A DNA stretch of 64,000 nucleotides from Burkholderiales bacterium (GCA_035624615.1 DASPRE010000054.1:9584-73583); one strand, 5' to 3'. Shown: positions 49,284-62,947, counted from the first letter of the stretch. Notes: generated from the letters alone by a model not told the origin. A program made the numbers and translations.

Positions 49284-50060
49284 ATGAATTGCGATGAAAG
49301 CCGGAATCTGATTCACGGCTACCTCGATAGGGAAATCGATTTGGTGCGTGCTATGGAAATTGAAAAGCACCTTGAGGGCTGCGCTGCTTGCAAGGGGGTT
49401 TACTCTCGGGAGACCGCTATGCGATCCGCTATTCGTGAGCGCGGGAGCTATTATGTTGCGCCAAAATATCTTGAAGCGCGCATCCGTGCTGCGCTGCCCA
49501 AGCCCCGCAAAAAAGCGACTGTATTCGGACAGCCAAGCTTGAACTTGTTAGGTTTTGCCGCTTCAATGGCTTTTGCAGTGGTAATTACCTGGGGCGTAGC
49601 GATGCAGCTCAATACGGCTACTGCAAATGATCGTCTTGCGGATGAAATCCTCTCAGCCCATGTACGCTCGCTGATGGCGAATCATTTGGTGGATGTTGAT
49701 TCGTCAGACAAGCACACGGTGAAGCCTTGGTTTAATGGCAAGTTGGATTTCTCACCTGAGGTTTTCGATTTGGCTGCGCAGGATTTTCCGTTGATCGGCG
49801 GCCGTCTTGATTACATCAATGGCAGACCGGTGGCTGCGCTGGTATACCGGCATCGCAAGCATTTCATCAATTTTTTTCATTGGCCTGATGAATCGCAGGA
49901 GAAAAACTTCGTACGTACGAAAACCAAGCAGGGGTATAACCTGGTTTACTGGGCAAATTCGGGAATGGGATATTGTTGGGTGGTTTCCGACTTGCAGGAG
50001 AACGAGCTCATGCAGTTTGTGAAACTTTTGCAACAGCAACAGCGCGCGGCCGTGTCGTGA
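49284..50060 (+). CDS. Anti-sigma factor (zf-HC2 N-terminus, single TM, periplasmic C-terminal domain)
   Basis: MNCDESRNLIHGYLDREIDLVRAMEIEKHLEGCAACKG (HxxxCxxC anti-sigma domain) and one TM segment (LLGFAASMAFAVVITWGVA). The ATG lies 1 nt after the sigma stop. Confidence 0.8.
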   Translation: MNCDESRNLIHGYLDREIDLVRAMEIEKHLEGCAACKGVYSRETAMRSAIRERGSYYVAPKYLEARIRAALPKPRKKATVFGQPSLNLLGFAASMAFAVVITWGVAMQLNTATANDRLADEILSAHVRSLMANHLVDVDSSDKHTVKPWFNGKLDFSPEVFDLAAQDFPLIGGRLDYINGRPVAALVYRHRKHFINFFHWPDESQEKNFVRTKTKQGYNLVYWANSGMGYCWVVSDLQENELMQFVKLLQQQQRAAVS

Positions 50061-50064
50061 GGCG

Positions 50065-51783
50065 TTACTTTTTCGGAATGTAAAGATCGGTGACGGTGCC
50101 TTCCGCCACTTCGGCGGAGAAAAACACCGTTTCTGACAGCGTGGGATGCGGATGGATGGTGAGAGCAATATCCTGCGCGTCGGCTCCCATTTCCAGCGCG
50201 AGCACGGTTTCGGAAATCAGCTCGCCTGCGTTTGGCCCGACTATGCCTGCGCCGAGGAGTCTGTTGGTGCTCTTGTCGAATAACAACTTGCTCATACCTT
50301 CATCGCGTCCCTGCGCGAGGGCGCGCCCGCTTGCCGCCCAGGGAAATACCGCCTTTTCAAATTCGATGCCTTGTTCGCTGGCTTGAATTTCGGTGAAGCC
50401 CATCCACGCCACTTCCGGGTCGGTGTAGGCCACCGAAGGAATAGTGCGCGCATCAAACGCCACCTTATGTCCGGCTATGACTTCGGCAGCAACCCTGCCC
50501 TCATGGCTTGCCTTGTGCGCAAGCATTGGTTCTCCAACAATATCGCCAATTGCGAAAATGTGCGGCACGTTGGTGCGCATTTGCTTGTCAACCGGGATAA
50601 TTCCTTTGTCAGTCACCTGAACACCGGCATTCTCTGCACCTATCGCTTTGCCATTGGATTTTCTGCCAACCGCTACCAGGACGCGGTCGAATAGCTGCGG
50701 TTTCGGCGCATTGTTTCCATCAAAATGAACTTTTAATCCGTCCTTTTGTGCTTCGATTTTTGCAGCTTCGGTATTGAGGTAAATTCCCTCGTAGCGCTTT
50801 TCGATGCGTTTTTGCAGGGGCTTGATAAGATCGCGATCCGCACCGAGCATCAATCCATCGAGCAGTTCCACCACGCTGATTTTCGAGCCCAGCGCGTCGT
50901 ACACACACGCCAATTCCAAACCGATAATGCCACCGCCAATTACCAGCAATCTTGGCGGAATATCCCGAATTTGCAGCGCACTCGTTGAATCCATAATGCG
51001 CAGGTCGTCTGGGTAACCCGGAATTTTCGCCGCCTGCGATCCCGCTGCGATAATGCAGTAATCGAAGGACACTGTTTTCCCGCCATCTCTGGTTTGCACC
51101 TGCATCATATTCGGTGATGCGAACTGGGCCACGCCTTGCACTACCTGCACCTTGCGCTGCCGGGCGAGTCCCGCAAGGCCCTTGCTGAGCTTGGCGGTCA
51201 CGCTCTGCTTCCAGCCTCGAAGTTTGTCGGTTTCGATTTCGGGTTTGCCGAAATTCACGCCTTGACGAGCCATCTCCTCCGCTTCGCTGATAACCTTCGC
51301 TACGTGCAGCAATGCTTTCGATGGAATGCATCCGACGTTGAGGCAAACGCCGCCCAGATCGGAATAGCGTTCGATCAATACCACCTGCTTCCCCAGATCG
51401 GCGGCGCGGAACGCCGCAGTATAACCGCCCGGCCCGGCGCCCAGCACCACGACTTCGGCACGAATATCAGCACTGCCGGGTTTGCCAGCCTGAACAACGG
51501 GCGTGGGTTTAAGCGGTTCAGCGGTTTCGGCAGTTACTGAAGCTACAGCTTCCAAAGTGAGAATCAATGAGCCTTCAGATACCTTGTCGCCGGTTTTGAT
51601 CCTGAGCTCCTTCACCACGCCCGCCTGAGGGGCGGGAATATCCATGGTTGCCTTGTCAGATTCCAACGTGACCAGCGGATCTTCCTTGGCGACTTTGTCC
51701 CCAGGTTTCACCAGCACTTCAATTATCGGTACATCCCTGAAATCGCCGATATCGGGGATCGTGACGTCGATGAGCTTGTTCAT
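50065..51783 (-). CDS. lpdA: Dihydrolipoyl dehydrogenase with an N-terminal lipoyl domain
   Basis: 572 aa; lipoyl motif LESDKATMDIPAP, FAD motif GAGPGGYTAAFRAA, redox-active disulfide GGVCLNVGCIPSK, and a C-terminal HPHPTLSE. Confidence 0.93.
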   Translation of the reverse strand: MNKLIDVTIPDIGDFRDVPIIEVLVKPGDKVAKEDPLVTLESDKATMDIPAPQAGVVKELRIKTGDKVSEGSLILTLEAVASVTAETAEPLKPTPVVQAGKPGSADIRAEVVVLGAGPGGYTAAFRAADLGKQVVLIERYSDLGGVCLNVGCIPSKALLHVAKVISEAEEMARQGVNFGKPEIETDKLRGWKQSVTAKLSKGLAGLARQRKVQVVQGVAQFASPNMMQVQTRDGGKTVSFDYCIIAAGSQAAKIPGYPDDLRIMDSTSALQIRDIPPRLLVIGGGIIGLELACVYDALGSKISVVELLDGLMLGADRDLIKPLQKRIEKRYEGIYLNTEAAKIEAQKDGLKVHFDGNNAPKPQLFDRVLVAVGRKSNGKAIGAENAGVQVTDKGIIPVDKQMRTNVPHIFAIGDIVGEPMLAHKASHEGRVAAEVIAGHKVAFDARTIPSVAYTDPEVAWMGFTEIQASEQGIEFEKAVFPWAASGRALAQGRDEGMSKLLFDKSTNRLLGAGIVGPNAGELISETVLALEMGADAQDIALTIHPHPTLSETVFFSAEVAEGTVTDLYIPKK

Positions 51784-51928
51784 AGAAGCGTAAATTAATG
51801 ACCTGGGCGAAAATCTAAAACAACAGACAGGATTTACAGGATTTCAATCGATGGCAGGATAAATTAGGTTGATCCCGATAAATCCAGTTAATCCCGCTTA
51901 TTTGTTTTTCGTCATTGTGGCTTGCAGT

Positions 51929-53194
51929 TTATTGCCGTACCTGACCGTCGCCGAGCACGATGAACTTCTGCGAAGTGAGCCCTTCCAGCCCAACCGGACC
52001 GCGCGCGTGGATCTTGTCGGTGGAAATGCCGATTTCTGCTCCCAGCCCGTATTCGAAGCCGTCCGCGAAGCGGGTCGAGGCATTGACCATGACCGAGCTT
52101 GAATCGACTTCGCGCAGGAAACGCATCGCATGGCCGTAGTCCTCGGTTACGATTGCATCGGTATGTTGGGATCCGTAAGTGGCGATGTGTTCGATCGCCT
52201 GATCGAGATTTTTCACCACGCGCACGCTCAAGATCGGCGCCAGGTATTCGGTATACCAATCTTCCTCGGTGGCCGGTTTCATTTGCGGTACCAGCCCGCG
52301 CGAAGCCTGATCGCCGCGCAATTCGACGCCTTTGTCCAGATAAATCCTGCACAACGTCGGCAAAACCTTGGGAGCGATCGCCTCCGCAACCAGCAGCGTT
52401 TCCATGGTGTTACAGGTCCCATAGCGTTGTGTTTTGGCGTTATCGGCGATCCGTACCGCTTTGTCCACGTCGGCCTTGTCGTCGATGTAGACATGGCACA
52501 CGCCGTCTAGATGCTTGATAACTGGAATGCGCGCCTCGCTAGAGATGCGCTCAATCAGGCTTTTGCCGCCCCGCGGAACGATGACATCCACGTAATCCTT
52601 CATGGTTACCAATTCGCCGACTGCCGCGCGGTCCGTGGTTTCAATAACCTGTACCGATGTTTCCGGCAATTCCGCTGTTCTTAACCCTTCGCGCACCAGT
52701 GTTGCAATGGCTTGATTGGAGTGCGTTGCTTCCGACCCGCCCCGCAAGATAGCTGCATTTCCCGCCTTGAGGCACAGCCCGGCGGCATCCGCAGTGACGT
52801 TGGGACGCGCTTCATAAATGATTCCGATCACTCCCAAGGGCACGCGCATTTTCCCGACCTGAATACCTGAAGGGCGGAAACTGAGCTCGCTGATTTCGCC
52901 CACCGGGTCAGGCAGCTGCACGATCTGCAGCAGGCCTTCAGCCATGCTGTCGACCGCTTTTGCCGAAAGTGCAAGACGATCGAGCAGCGCTTCATCCAAC
53001 TTGTTAGCGCGTGCAGATTCCATATCTTTGCTGTTCGCCGCAAGCAAGCTCTTGACTTCGCGCCGGATTGCCTGCGCCATGGATGTAAGCGCCTTGTTCT
53101 TGGATTTAGTGTCGGCGCGCGCCATGTAACGGGAAGCGGCGCGCGCCGCCCGCCCGACGCCTTGCATGTACTTTTTAATGTCCAGAATATCCAT
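51929..53194 (-). CDS. proA: Glutamate-5-semialdehyde dehydrogenase
   Basis: 421 aa; typical ProA throughout ([14 protein letters not shown], catalytic-Cys region [12 protein letters not shown]). Confidence 0.95.
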   Translation of the reverse strand: MDILDIKKYMQGVGRAARAASRYMARADTKSKNKALTSMAQAIRREVKSLLAANSKDMESARANKLDEALLDRLALSAKAVDSMAEGLLQIVQLPDPVGEISELSFRPSGIQVGKMRVPLGVIGIIYEARPNVTADAAGLCLKAGNAAILRGGSEATHSNQAIATLVREGLRTAELPETSVQVIETTDRAAVGELVTMKDYVDVIVPRGGKSLIERISSEARIPVIKHLDGVCHVYIDDKADVDKAVRIADNAKTQRYGTCNTMETLLVAEAIAPKVLPTLCRIYLDKGVELRGDQASRGLVPQMKPATEEDWYTEYLAPILSVRVVKNLDQAIEHIATYGSQHTDAIVTEDYGHAMRFLREVDSSSVMVNASTRFADGFEYGLGAEIGISTDKIHARGPVGLEGLTSQKFIVLGDGQVRQ

Positions 53195-53195
53195 A

Positions 53196-54227
53196 TCAAG
53201 CTATTTTAACCCCGACCGGGCCGGAACAGAAACGCAATCCCAGTTTCAAAAATTCGTCCCAAGTATTGCCTGAAGCCAGGCCTTTAACCATGCGGTCAAG
53301 CCGCGCACACTGCAAAAGTGCATCTTCGAGCATACCTCTACGCCATCGCTTCGCGGCGCGCTGCATGAGTTCCTGGCGCGCGCCCCATACGCGCACTTCG
53401 CGAAACATCTGCTGCAACGGCTTGCCGCACTCTACGCCGCTTACGATTTTGAGCAACACACGAATATCTTCGCTCACAGCCCACAGAATGAGCGGTAGCG
53501 GTGCCCCCTCGCCGCGCAATCCTTCGAGAATGCGTGAAATGCGGACTGCATCCGCCATCAGCATCGCTTCGCTGAGCTTGAATACATCGTAGCGCGCGAC
53601 TTCCAGCACCGATTCCTTGACCTGTTCGAAGCTCAATTTTCCCTCCGGAAACAGCAGTGCAAGTTTTTGTATTTCCTGATACGCGGCGAGTAAATTGCCT
53701 TCGACGCGATCGGAAATAAACTGCAAGGTGTCTGGATCGGCGCTTTGATTCTGTGCCGCAAGCCTTCCCTTTATCCACTGCGGAAGTTGCGTGCGTTCCA
53801 CCGCTTTGGCGTTGACCACCGGCCCATGGCTGGCCAGGGACCCGAACCATTTTGAACTCTGTGTCTGCCGGTCCAGCTTCGGGAGCTGTACCAAACCCAT
53901 CAGTTCGGGCCCCAACACCGAGCAGAAATCTTCAATTGCTTGTGCGCCTTCACTGCCCGGTTTTCCAGAAGGGATGCGCAGATCGATCAACTTTCTGCTG
54001 GCAAATAGGGAGGGACTTCTGCTGCTCATTGCTAGGCGCTGCCAATCAAATCCCGCATCAGCAGTTAATATTTCACGCTCGGCAAATCCCGCCCGCCTTG
54101 CCGCCGCACGTATCAAATCCGCGGCCTCCAGTGCCAGCAGCGGCTCGTCACCGTATATTGTGTAGAGGGATTTAAGTCCGCGCGGTAAATGCTGCGCGAG
54201 TTGCTCCGGGTCGAGGCGCATTGTCAA
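53196..54227 (-). CDS. holA: DNA polymerase III delta subunit
   Basis: 343 aa and HolA-like ([11 protein letters not shown]...), in the conserved leuS-lptE-holA arrangement. Confidence 0.85.
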   Translation of the reverse strand: MTMRLDPEQLAQHLPRGLKSLYTIYGDEPLLALEAADLIRAAARRAGFAEREILTADAGFDWQRLAMSSRSPSLFASRKLIDLRIPSGKPGSEGAQAIEDFCSVLGPELMGLVQLPKLDRQTQSSKWFGSLASHGPVVNAKAVERTQLPQWIKGRLAAQNQSADPDTLQFISDRVEGNLLAAYQEIQKLALLFPEGKLSFEQVKESVLEVARYDVFKLSEAMLMADAVRISRILEGLRGEGAPLPLILWAVSEDIRVLLKIVSGVECGKPLQQMFREVRVWGARQELMQRAAKRWRRGMLEDALLQCARLDRMVKGLASGNTWDEFLKLGLRFCSGPVGVKIA

Positions 54228-54721
54228 ATGGGGGCTCTGGCCCCGCTCATGCGCTGCAGCACCTGCAGCACGGCGTCGCTTTGCATATCCCTGTACAACT
54301 GCGCTTCTTCGTAGTCCTTGGCCAACACTTGCGCGTCATTGTAAGAAACGTTGCGTTTCAGCGTTAATATGGTTGGAGCTATCCAGTTCTGGCCCTTGCT
54401 GTTGTACACGCGGAAGGTGACGTACAGCCGCAGTTCATATTCCGCCACGGTCCCGCCGGTGTTTATGGCCAGAATGCGCCGTTCCCTGGACTCGCTCTCA
54501 AGTTGAAAAATGGCTTCGGCGTCTTTTGGATTATCGCTCAAGCGGGCGTTAGTACCGGCAAGCACTGCGCGCTTTAATTCCGTAGCAAATGTAGCGTCAT
54601 TCGCGGGGCTAACGTACAAGGTATCAAACGGCAGGGTGGCTTGGCCCCGCAGATGAAAACCACATGCCATGACGGTAAGGCAAAGTGCCGATATCAGTAT
54701 TTTCTTGGCAAGAGCAGACAT
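54224..54721 (-). CDS. lptE: LPS-assembly lipoprotein LptE
   Basis: Lipobox VMAC followed by GFHLRG, the LptE N-terminal hallmark. It sits between leuS and holA. Confidence 0.8.
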   Translation of the reverse strand: MSALAKKILISALCLTVMACGFHLRGQATLPFDTLYVSPANDATFATELKRAVLAGTNARLSDNPKDAEAIFQLESESRERRILAINTGGTVAEYELRLYVTFRVYNSKGQNWIAPTILTLKRNVSYNDAQVLAKDYEEAQLYRDMQSDAVLQVLQRMSGARAPI

Positions 54722-54723
54722 CT

Positions 54724-57438
<2,715 letters not shown>

Positions 57439-57647
57439 TCAGGCAAAAAACTGCGCGCGACCGCTTTTTTTGTGCTGAAATTTTCCGCGTAGTGCAATGG
57501 TCGGTGACACTAACGCGATCTTCGCACTCAGCAATGAAATCTCTTATCGCAAAAATCAAGAAATCTGAGAGTTGCCTACAATTTTGTACTATTTGTGCGG
57601 CATAACGTCTAGAATAACGAGGATAGATTTCGGGAGCGAATTCCGCA

Positions 57648-58520
57648 GTGTCTCGCAAATTTCCAGTCATCGCAGTGACCGGCTCGTCTGGAGCGGGTAC
57701 CAGTTTGGTCACCCAGACGTTCGAGCACATTTTCCGCCGTGAGGGAATCAATGCCGTCGTCATCGAGGGCGACAGCTTTCACCGTTATGATCGTGAGCAA
57801 ATGAAGCTCCAGATTGCTAAGGCAGAAAAAAACAGCGAGCGTCCCATCAGCCATTTCGGTCCGGAGGCCAACTTGTTTCAGGAACTCGAGACCTTGTTTC
57901 GCCAGTATGGTGAGCGCGGTACGGGTAAGATGAGAAGTTATCTGCACAATGAGGAGGAAGCCGCGCCATTCAAGCAGCCGGCTGGCACCTTTTCACCATG
58001 GGAGCCGCTACCCGAAGCAAGTGAACTCCTGTTTTACGAGGGATTACACGGCGGCGTGGTCACGGAGGATGTCAACGTCGCCAAACATGTTGATTTGCTT
58101 ATCGGGGTGGTGCCGATAGTCAACTTGGAATGGATACAGAAAATACACCGCGACATGAAGGAGCGCGGCTACTCAATCGAGGCCGTGACCCAGACGATCC
58201 TGCGCCGAATGCATGACTACGTTTATTACATCACGCCGCAATTTTCCCGCACCCATATCAATTTCCAGCGTGTGCCGACGGTGGACACTTCCAATCCGTT
58301 TATCGCGCGCGACATTCCTACGGCGGATGAGAGCTTTGTGGTGATCCGCTACCGCAATCCCAAGGGAATAAATTTTCCCTATCTGCTAGCCATGATCCAC
58401 GATTCTTTCATGTCGCGCCCCAACTGCATTGTGGTCCCCGGCGGTAAAATGGGCTTGGCGATGCAGCTCATATTCACGCCGCTCATCCTCGAGCTGATGG
58501 AAAAGAAAAAGCTCGCGTGA
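57648..58520 (+). CDS. prk: Phosphoribulokinase
   Basis: 290 aa; SRKFPVIAVTGSSGAGTS...EGDSFHRYDR... is typical of proteobacterial class I PRK. GTG start. Confidence 0.9.
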   Translation: MSRKFPVIAVTGSSGAGTSLVTQTFEHIFRREGINAVVIEGDSFHRYDREQMKLQIAKAEKNSERPISHFGPEANLFQELETLFRQYGERGTGKMRSYLHNEEEAAPFKQPAGTFSPWEPLPEASELLFYEGLHGGVVTEDVNVAKHVDLLIGVVPIVNLEWIQKIHRDMKERGYSIEAVTQTILRRMHDYVYYITPQFSRTHINFQRVPTVDTSNPFIARDIPTADESFVVIRYRNPKGINFPYLLAMIHDSFMSRPNCIVVPGGKMGLAMQLIFTPLILELMEKKKLA

Positions 58521-58591
58521 TTCCCGCTTCGGTCAAGTAACGGCTATCGCTTATAATAGTTCGTTAAGCGAACCAGCATCGAGCAGCCTGC

Positions 58592-60775
58592 ATGTCGATC
58601 CTCTCCGGGTTAAATCCCGAGCAGCTCAAAGCCGTAACTCTTCCTAAGCAATCTGTGCTGGTGCTCGCTGGCGCGGGCAGTGGCAAGACGCGCGTGCTCA
58701 CCACACGCATCGCGTGGCTGATTCAGACCGGCCAAACGAGTCCCATGGGCGTACTTGCAGTTACCTTTACCAACAAGGCAGCGAAGGAAATGCTCGCTCG
58801 CATTTCGGCGATGCTACCGATCAACACCCGCGGCATGTGGGTCGGCACATTTCACGGATTATGCAATCGCCTGCTGCGTGCGCATTATCGCGATGCGGAA
58901 TTGCCGCAGCTTTTCCAGATAATGGACAGCGCGGATCAATTGGCATTGATCAAACGCCTTATGAAAGGCCTCAATGTTGACGATGAAAAATATCCGGCAA
59001 GACAGCTTCAGCACTTTATAAATGACGCAAAAGAGCAAGGCCTGCGTCCTGCTCAAGTTACGGCTGCGGATGATTTTTCGCGCAAGTTTAATGAACTTTA
59101 TGCGGCTTACGACGAGCTTTGCCAGCGCGAGGGCGTAGTGGACTTCGCTGAATTGTTGCTTCGCTCGCATGAATTACTGTCGCGCAACGAATTCCTGCGT
59201 GAACATTACCGCGGCCGCTTTCAGCATATTCTAGTAGATGAACTGCAGGACACCAGCCGTTTGCAATATCTTTGGCTGAAACTGCTGGCAGGCCCGAACA
59301 ATACGGTTTTCGCAGTTGGCGATGATGACCAATCGATTTATGCTTTCCGGGGCGCGAGCGCGGGAAACATGCTGAGCTTCGAGTCGGACTTTGGGGCAGC
59401 CACCGTTGTCAAACTCGAGCAAAACTACCGTTCACACGCCAACATTCTGGATGCGGCGAATGCGCTGATTCGGCACAACAAAGCGCGGCTCGGCAAAAAC
59501 TTGTGGACTGGCGAGGGGCATGGCGAACTGCTGCGCTTTTTTGAAGCCGCCGATGACGTTGAAGAAGCAAGATTTATCGTTGAAGAGGTAAGAGCGCTGG
59601 CAGCGGAGGGGATCAAACTTTCAGATATGGCGGTGCTCTACCGTTCCAACGCGCAGTCCAGATTGCTGGAACACGCATTATTTTCCGCCGCAATTCCATA
59701 CCGGGTATACGGAGGTCTGCGTTTTTTTGAGCGCCAGGAAATCAAGCACGCGCTCGCCTATCTTCGACTCGTCGCAAACCCAGACGATGATGGGGCAATA
59801 CTGCGAGTGATCAATTTTCCACTGCGCGGAATTGGCAGCCGCAGCCTGGAGCAATTGCGGGAGCAGGCGCTAGAACAGCGCAGCAGTTTATGGCGCGCGG
59901 CGCTAAGCAGGAGCGGGGATACGGTGCGGGGAAGGGACACGGTGCAGAAAAAGGGCATCGAAGGTTTTGTCGCCTTGATTGAAGAACTGCGCTCGGCCTG
60001 TACCGGCCTGGCATTGCCGGAGGTAATCGAATATGTCGTCGAACAGAGCGGCCTCAGGCTGCATTACCAGGGGCAGAAAGACGGTGCTGATCGTCTGGAA
60101 AATTTGGGCGAACTCACTAATGCTGCGGCCGCCTTTGTAAATGAAAGCTCCGAATCAGGGATGCAAGACTTGCTGCAAGATTTTTTGGCCCATGCCGCAT
60201 TGGAAGCGGGCGAACACCAGGCGGGAGAAGGCGCGGATGCCTTGCAGCTGATGACCGTACATTCTGCCAAGGGCCTGGAATTTCACACGGTGTTCATCAG
60301 CGGCTTGGAAGAGGGTTTGTTTCCACATGAGCAAAGCCTGGTTGAAGCCGGTGGACTGGAAGAAGAGCGAAGATTGATGTACGTGGCGCTAACGCGCGCC
60401 CGGCGCAGGCTTTACTTGAGCTATTCGCAAAGCCGCATGTTGCACGGGCAGACGCGCTACGGCATTGCTTCGCGTTTTCTGGGGGAAATTCCTGTGGAGC
60501 TCATCAAGCCTGTCAACTTGAGCCTGAACGTTGAGACTTCGGTGCTGGCCATTGGAGAAGGAAATACCGCACAATTGGGCACCCAATCGTCAACATTCAG
60601 CGGCCAAGTCTGGTCACCGTGGCGTGTTGGCCAAAGTGTCCTGCATCCGAAATTTGGTGCCGGGGTGATCGTCAATGCCGAAGGACGCGGGTCGGATGCC
60701 CGGGTGCAGGTCAATTTTCACCAAGCCGGCGTGAAGTGGCTGGCGCTGGAATACGCCAAGCTGACTGCGGCTTGA
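58592..60775 (+). CDS. uvrD: ATP-dependent DNA helicase II (UvrD family)
   Basis: 727 aa; SF1 motifs AGAGSGKTRVL, ILVDELQDTS, GDDDQSIYAFRGA, TVHSAKGLEF, YVALTRAR. Confidence 0.9.
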   Translation: MSILSGLNPEQLKAVTLPKQSVLVLAGAGSGKTRVLTTRIAWLIQTGQTSPMGVLAVTFTNKAAKEMLARISAMLPINTRGMWVGTFHGLCNRLLRAHYRDAELPQLFQIMDSADQLALIKRLMKGLNVDDEKYPARQLQHFINDAKEQGLRPAQVTAADDFSRKFNELYAAYDELCQREGVVDFAELLLRSHELLSRNEFLREHYRGRFQHILVDELQDTSRLQYLWLKLLAGPNNTVFAVGDDDQSIYAFRGASAGNMLSFESDFGAATVVKLEQNYRSHANILDAANALIRHNKARLGKNLWTGEGHGELLRFFEAADDVEEARFIVEEVRALAAEGIKLSDMAVLYRSNAQSRLLEHALFSAAIPYRVYGGLRFFERQEIKHALAYLRLVANPDDDGAILRVINFPLRGIGSRSLEQLREQALEQRSSLWRAALSRSGDTVRGRDTVQKKGIEGFVALIEELRSACTGLALPEVIEYVVEQSGLRLHYQGQKDGADRLENLGELTNAAAAFVNESSESGMQDLLQDFLAHAALEAGEHQAGEGADALQLMTVHSAKGLEFHTVFISGLEEGLFPHEQSLVEAGGLEEERRLMYVALTRARRRLYLSYSQSRMLHGQTRYGIASRFLGEIPVELIKPVNLSLNVETSVLAIGEGNTAQLGTQSSTFSGQVWSPWRVGQSVLHPKFGAGVIVNAEGRGSDARVQVNFHQAGVKWLALEYAKLTAA

Positions 60776-60796
60776 AGTGAGGAACCACAGATTCGC

Positions 60797-61504
60797 CTAA
60801 GCATTTGCATAAATGTCCCGGTAGCTCGCGTAAATGGATGTAAAAATCACCGGGAACAAAACCAGCCAACCAAGAAGCAGCGGAATGCTGGCAATTAGCG
60901 AAAGCACGCACAATGCGATGCCATAAATCAAAAACGGAATAACGTTTTTCAGGCACGCGTCGAAGCTTGATTTCAATGCCGGCACCGGCTGCATGTCATT
61001 AAATACCGCGAGTGCCGGAGCGAACCACAATGCCATGGCAAGCGGCACAAAGAGTGCGAGCCCAACCAGCAGTGCAAGCATGGCGCCACTCATTGCCGCG
61101 GTCATTGCCGCGATATCGGGCTGGCCGCTTTTCATGATGCTGAACATGGCACCTCCGCCGAGTACGAACATCACGCCAAGTATGATGATTTGTCCAACAA
61201 GGTAGATGCCACCCATTGCAATAAGTGAGTTCGTGCTTTTCCTGAAGCCCGCAAATAAATGCGCGATTTCCAGTTCTTCACCGTTTTGCTGCGCCTGGCA
61301 ACCGATCATTAATCCGCCGATAAAAACGGGCCACAGGATATAAAGCACCAAGGGTCCAAGTAGCGGAATAAAATGCAGCGCAATCGCGATCAGGATCAAG
61401 ATGATATTCAGGACCACCCAGATAACCGGACTTTTTTTAAAGAGCTCAAACCCCTGGACAATCCATTGCCAGCCTTGGCCGGCGGCGACTTGACGTGGCT
61501 CCAT
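60797..61504 (-). CDS. Polytopic inner-membrane protein (BPSS1780/DUF2189-like)
   Basis: 235 aa; N-terminus RQVAAGQGWQWIVQGFELFKKSPVIWVVL plus 5-6 TM helices. The family name is recalled, not verified. Confidence 0.65.
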   Translation of the reverse strand: MEPRQVAAGQGWQWIVQGFELFKKSPVIWVVLNIILILIAIALHFIPLLGPLVLYILWPVFIGGLMIGCQAQQNGEELEIAHLFAGFRKSTNSLIAMGGIYLVGQIIILGVMFVLGGGAMFSIMKSGQPDIAAMTAAMSGAMLALLVGLALFVPLAMALWFAPALAVFNDMQPVPALKSSFDACLKNVIPFLIYGIALCVLSLIASIPLLLGWLVLFPVIFTSIYASYRDIYANA

Positions 61505-61584
61505 GACGCTCTCCCAAAAACGATTTGTTATTTAAGCTTGGTAAGTTACACCGATTTGTGCAAGATTTGAAGCAGTTGCGCGGC

Positions 61585-62529
61585 TCACGGCCAGATGGCG
61601 TCCAATTTACTGCTGGCGTGCTGTTTGAGAATATTCCGGAAATGATTGGGATCCTTTGCGTGGGTAAGTTCTCCCGGCCGCGGCAGGTGGAAGTCGTACA
61701 AACGCGATACCCAGAAGCGCAATGCGGCCGCGCGCAACATCACCGGCCAGGCCTTGCGCTCGTTCGCCGTGAAGGGACGCTCGGCATGATAGGCTGAAAG
61801 CAATCCCCGGGTGCGCTCGGGATCCAGTTCATAGCTTGCGGTCATGCACCAGTCATTTGCCGCGATAGCCAAATCATATAACAATACATCGTTGCAAGCG
61901 AAATAGAAGTCGATGACGCCGCTGATGCTGTCATTGCGAAACAGCACATTATCGCGGAACAAATCGGCGTGTATCACGCCGCGCGGCAGATCCTGGTCAC
62001 GGTGAAGAGACTGGAATCGCAGTTCTTCTCGGAGAAGTTCCGCTTCAATGGGCGGCAGCAAGGGCAAGAGCTGCGGGGCCGTCGCATTCCACCAACGCGT
62101 GCCACGCGGGTTGTCCATCCTTGCTGTATAAGTCTGGCCCGCAAGATGCATGTCGGCAAGCAGCGCTCCTACTTCGGCGCAATGCCTGGTCGAGGGTTTC
62201 TCCAGATCAGTGCCCTCGAGACGGGTGACAATGCACGCCGGTCTGCCGTTGAGTTCACCTAAGAAGTAATTTTGAAGGTTGGCAATCGGGTCGGGGCAAG
62301 GTATCCCGTGGCTTGCCAGGTGTGACATCAGGTTGAGGTAAAATGGCAGCTCTTCGGCGCGCAGCTTTTCGAACAGAGTGAGCACGTATCGGCCATGAGT
62401 AGTATCTACAAAATAATTGGTATTCTCGATTCCGGCTGCGATCCCGTGCAGACCGTTAAGCGTGCCGAGCGAGTAGTTTTTAAGCCACGCCGAAAGCTGT
62501 TCCGGGGTAACGGTAGTAAAGACGGACAT
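61585..62529 (-). CDS. thrB: Homoserine kinase (ThrB type II, APH-fold)
   Basis: 314 aa; [22 protein letters not shown]...GIENTNYFV...[14 protein letters not shown] are typical of the Pseudomonas/betaproteobacterial ThrB. Confidence 0.85.
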   Translation of the reverse strand: MSVFTTVTPEQLSAWLKNYSLGTLNGLHGIAAGIENTNYFVDTTHGRYVLTLFEKLRAEELPFYLNLMSHLASHGIPCPDPIANLQNYFLGELNGRPACIVTRLEGTDLEKPSTRHCAEVGALLADMHLAGQTYTARMDNPRGTRWWNATAPQLLPLLPPIEAELLREELRFQSLHRDQDLPRGVIHADLFRDNVLFRNDSISGVIDFYFACNDVLLYDLAIAANDWCMTASYELDPERTRGLLSAYHAERPFTANERKAWPVMLRAAALRFWVSRLYDFHLPRPGELTHAKDPNHFRNILKQHASSKLDAIWP

Positions 62530-62617
62530 GGTTTAGGGGCAATCGGCGCTCAGCGATCAGTGTTCTGCTGCTGGCATTGTCTTGAGACCCGGTTTGGTAA
62601 CGACTTGAACTGACGTT

Positions 62618-62947
62618 TTAGAATTGAAATATCAGCCACATCGGTACTTTGACCGGGTTAGCCGTATCGTCACGGATGAACCTGCCGGTACCATTTTCAT
62701 CAACCAGGTAATAGGGTATGCCCGTAGCCGGAGTAACTTTGACCATGTATAACCTGCCGTGCATGCGGTATTCTTCTATCGTTTCTTCGCCGCGCTTTAT
62801 GATGGTCACTTCTGGCTCCAGCGACTGATCGCTTTGCGGCTGCGGGGGAGGGGGTGCCTCGGGCAAAGGCTGCAAATTCTTAGGGCGGTCGTTCTGCGCG
62901 AACGCAGTCAACGCAATGCATAACAATGCCGCAGCAAGGACGCGCAT
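62618..62947 (-). CDS. DUF2782 domain-containing periplasmic protein
   Basis: Signal peptide MRVLAAALLCIALTAFA, then EPEVTIIKRGEETIEEYRMHGRLYMVKVTP..GIPYYLVD (DUF2782 hallmark). The internal ATG at 62947 was chosen as the start. Confidence 0.75.
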   Translation of the reverse strand: MRVLAAALLCIALTAFAQNDRPKNLQPLPEAPPPPQPQSDQSLEPEVTIIKRGEETIEEYRMHGRLYMVKVTPATGIPYYLVDENGTGRFIRDDTANPVKVPMWLIFQF

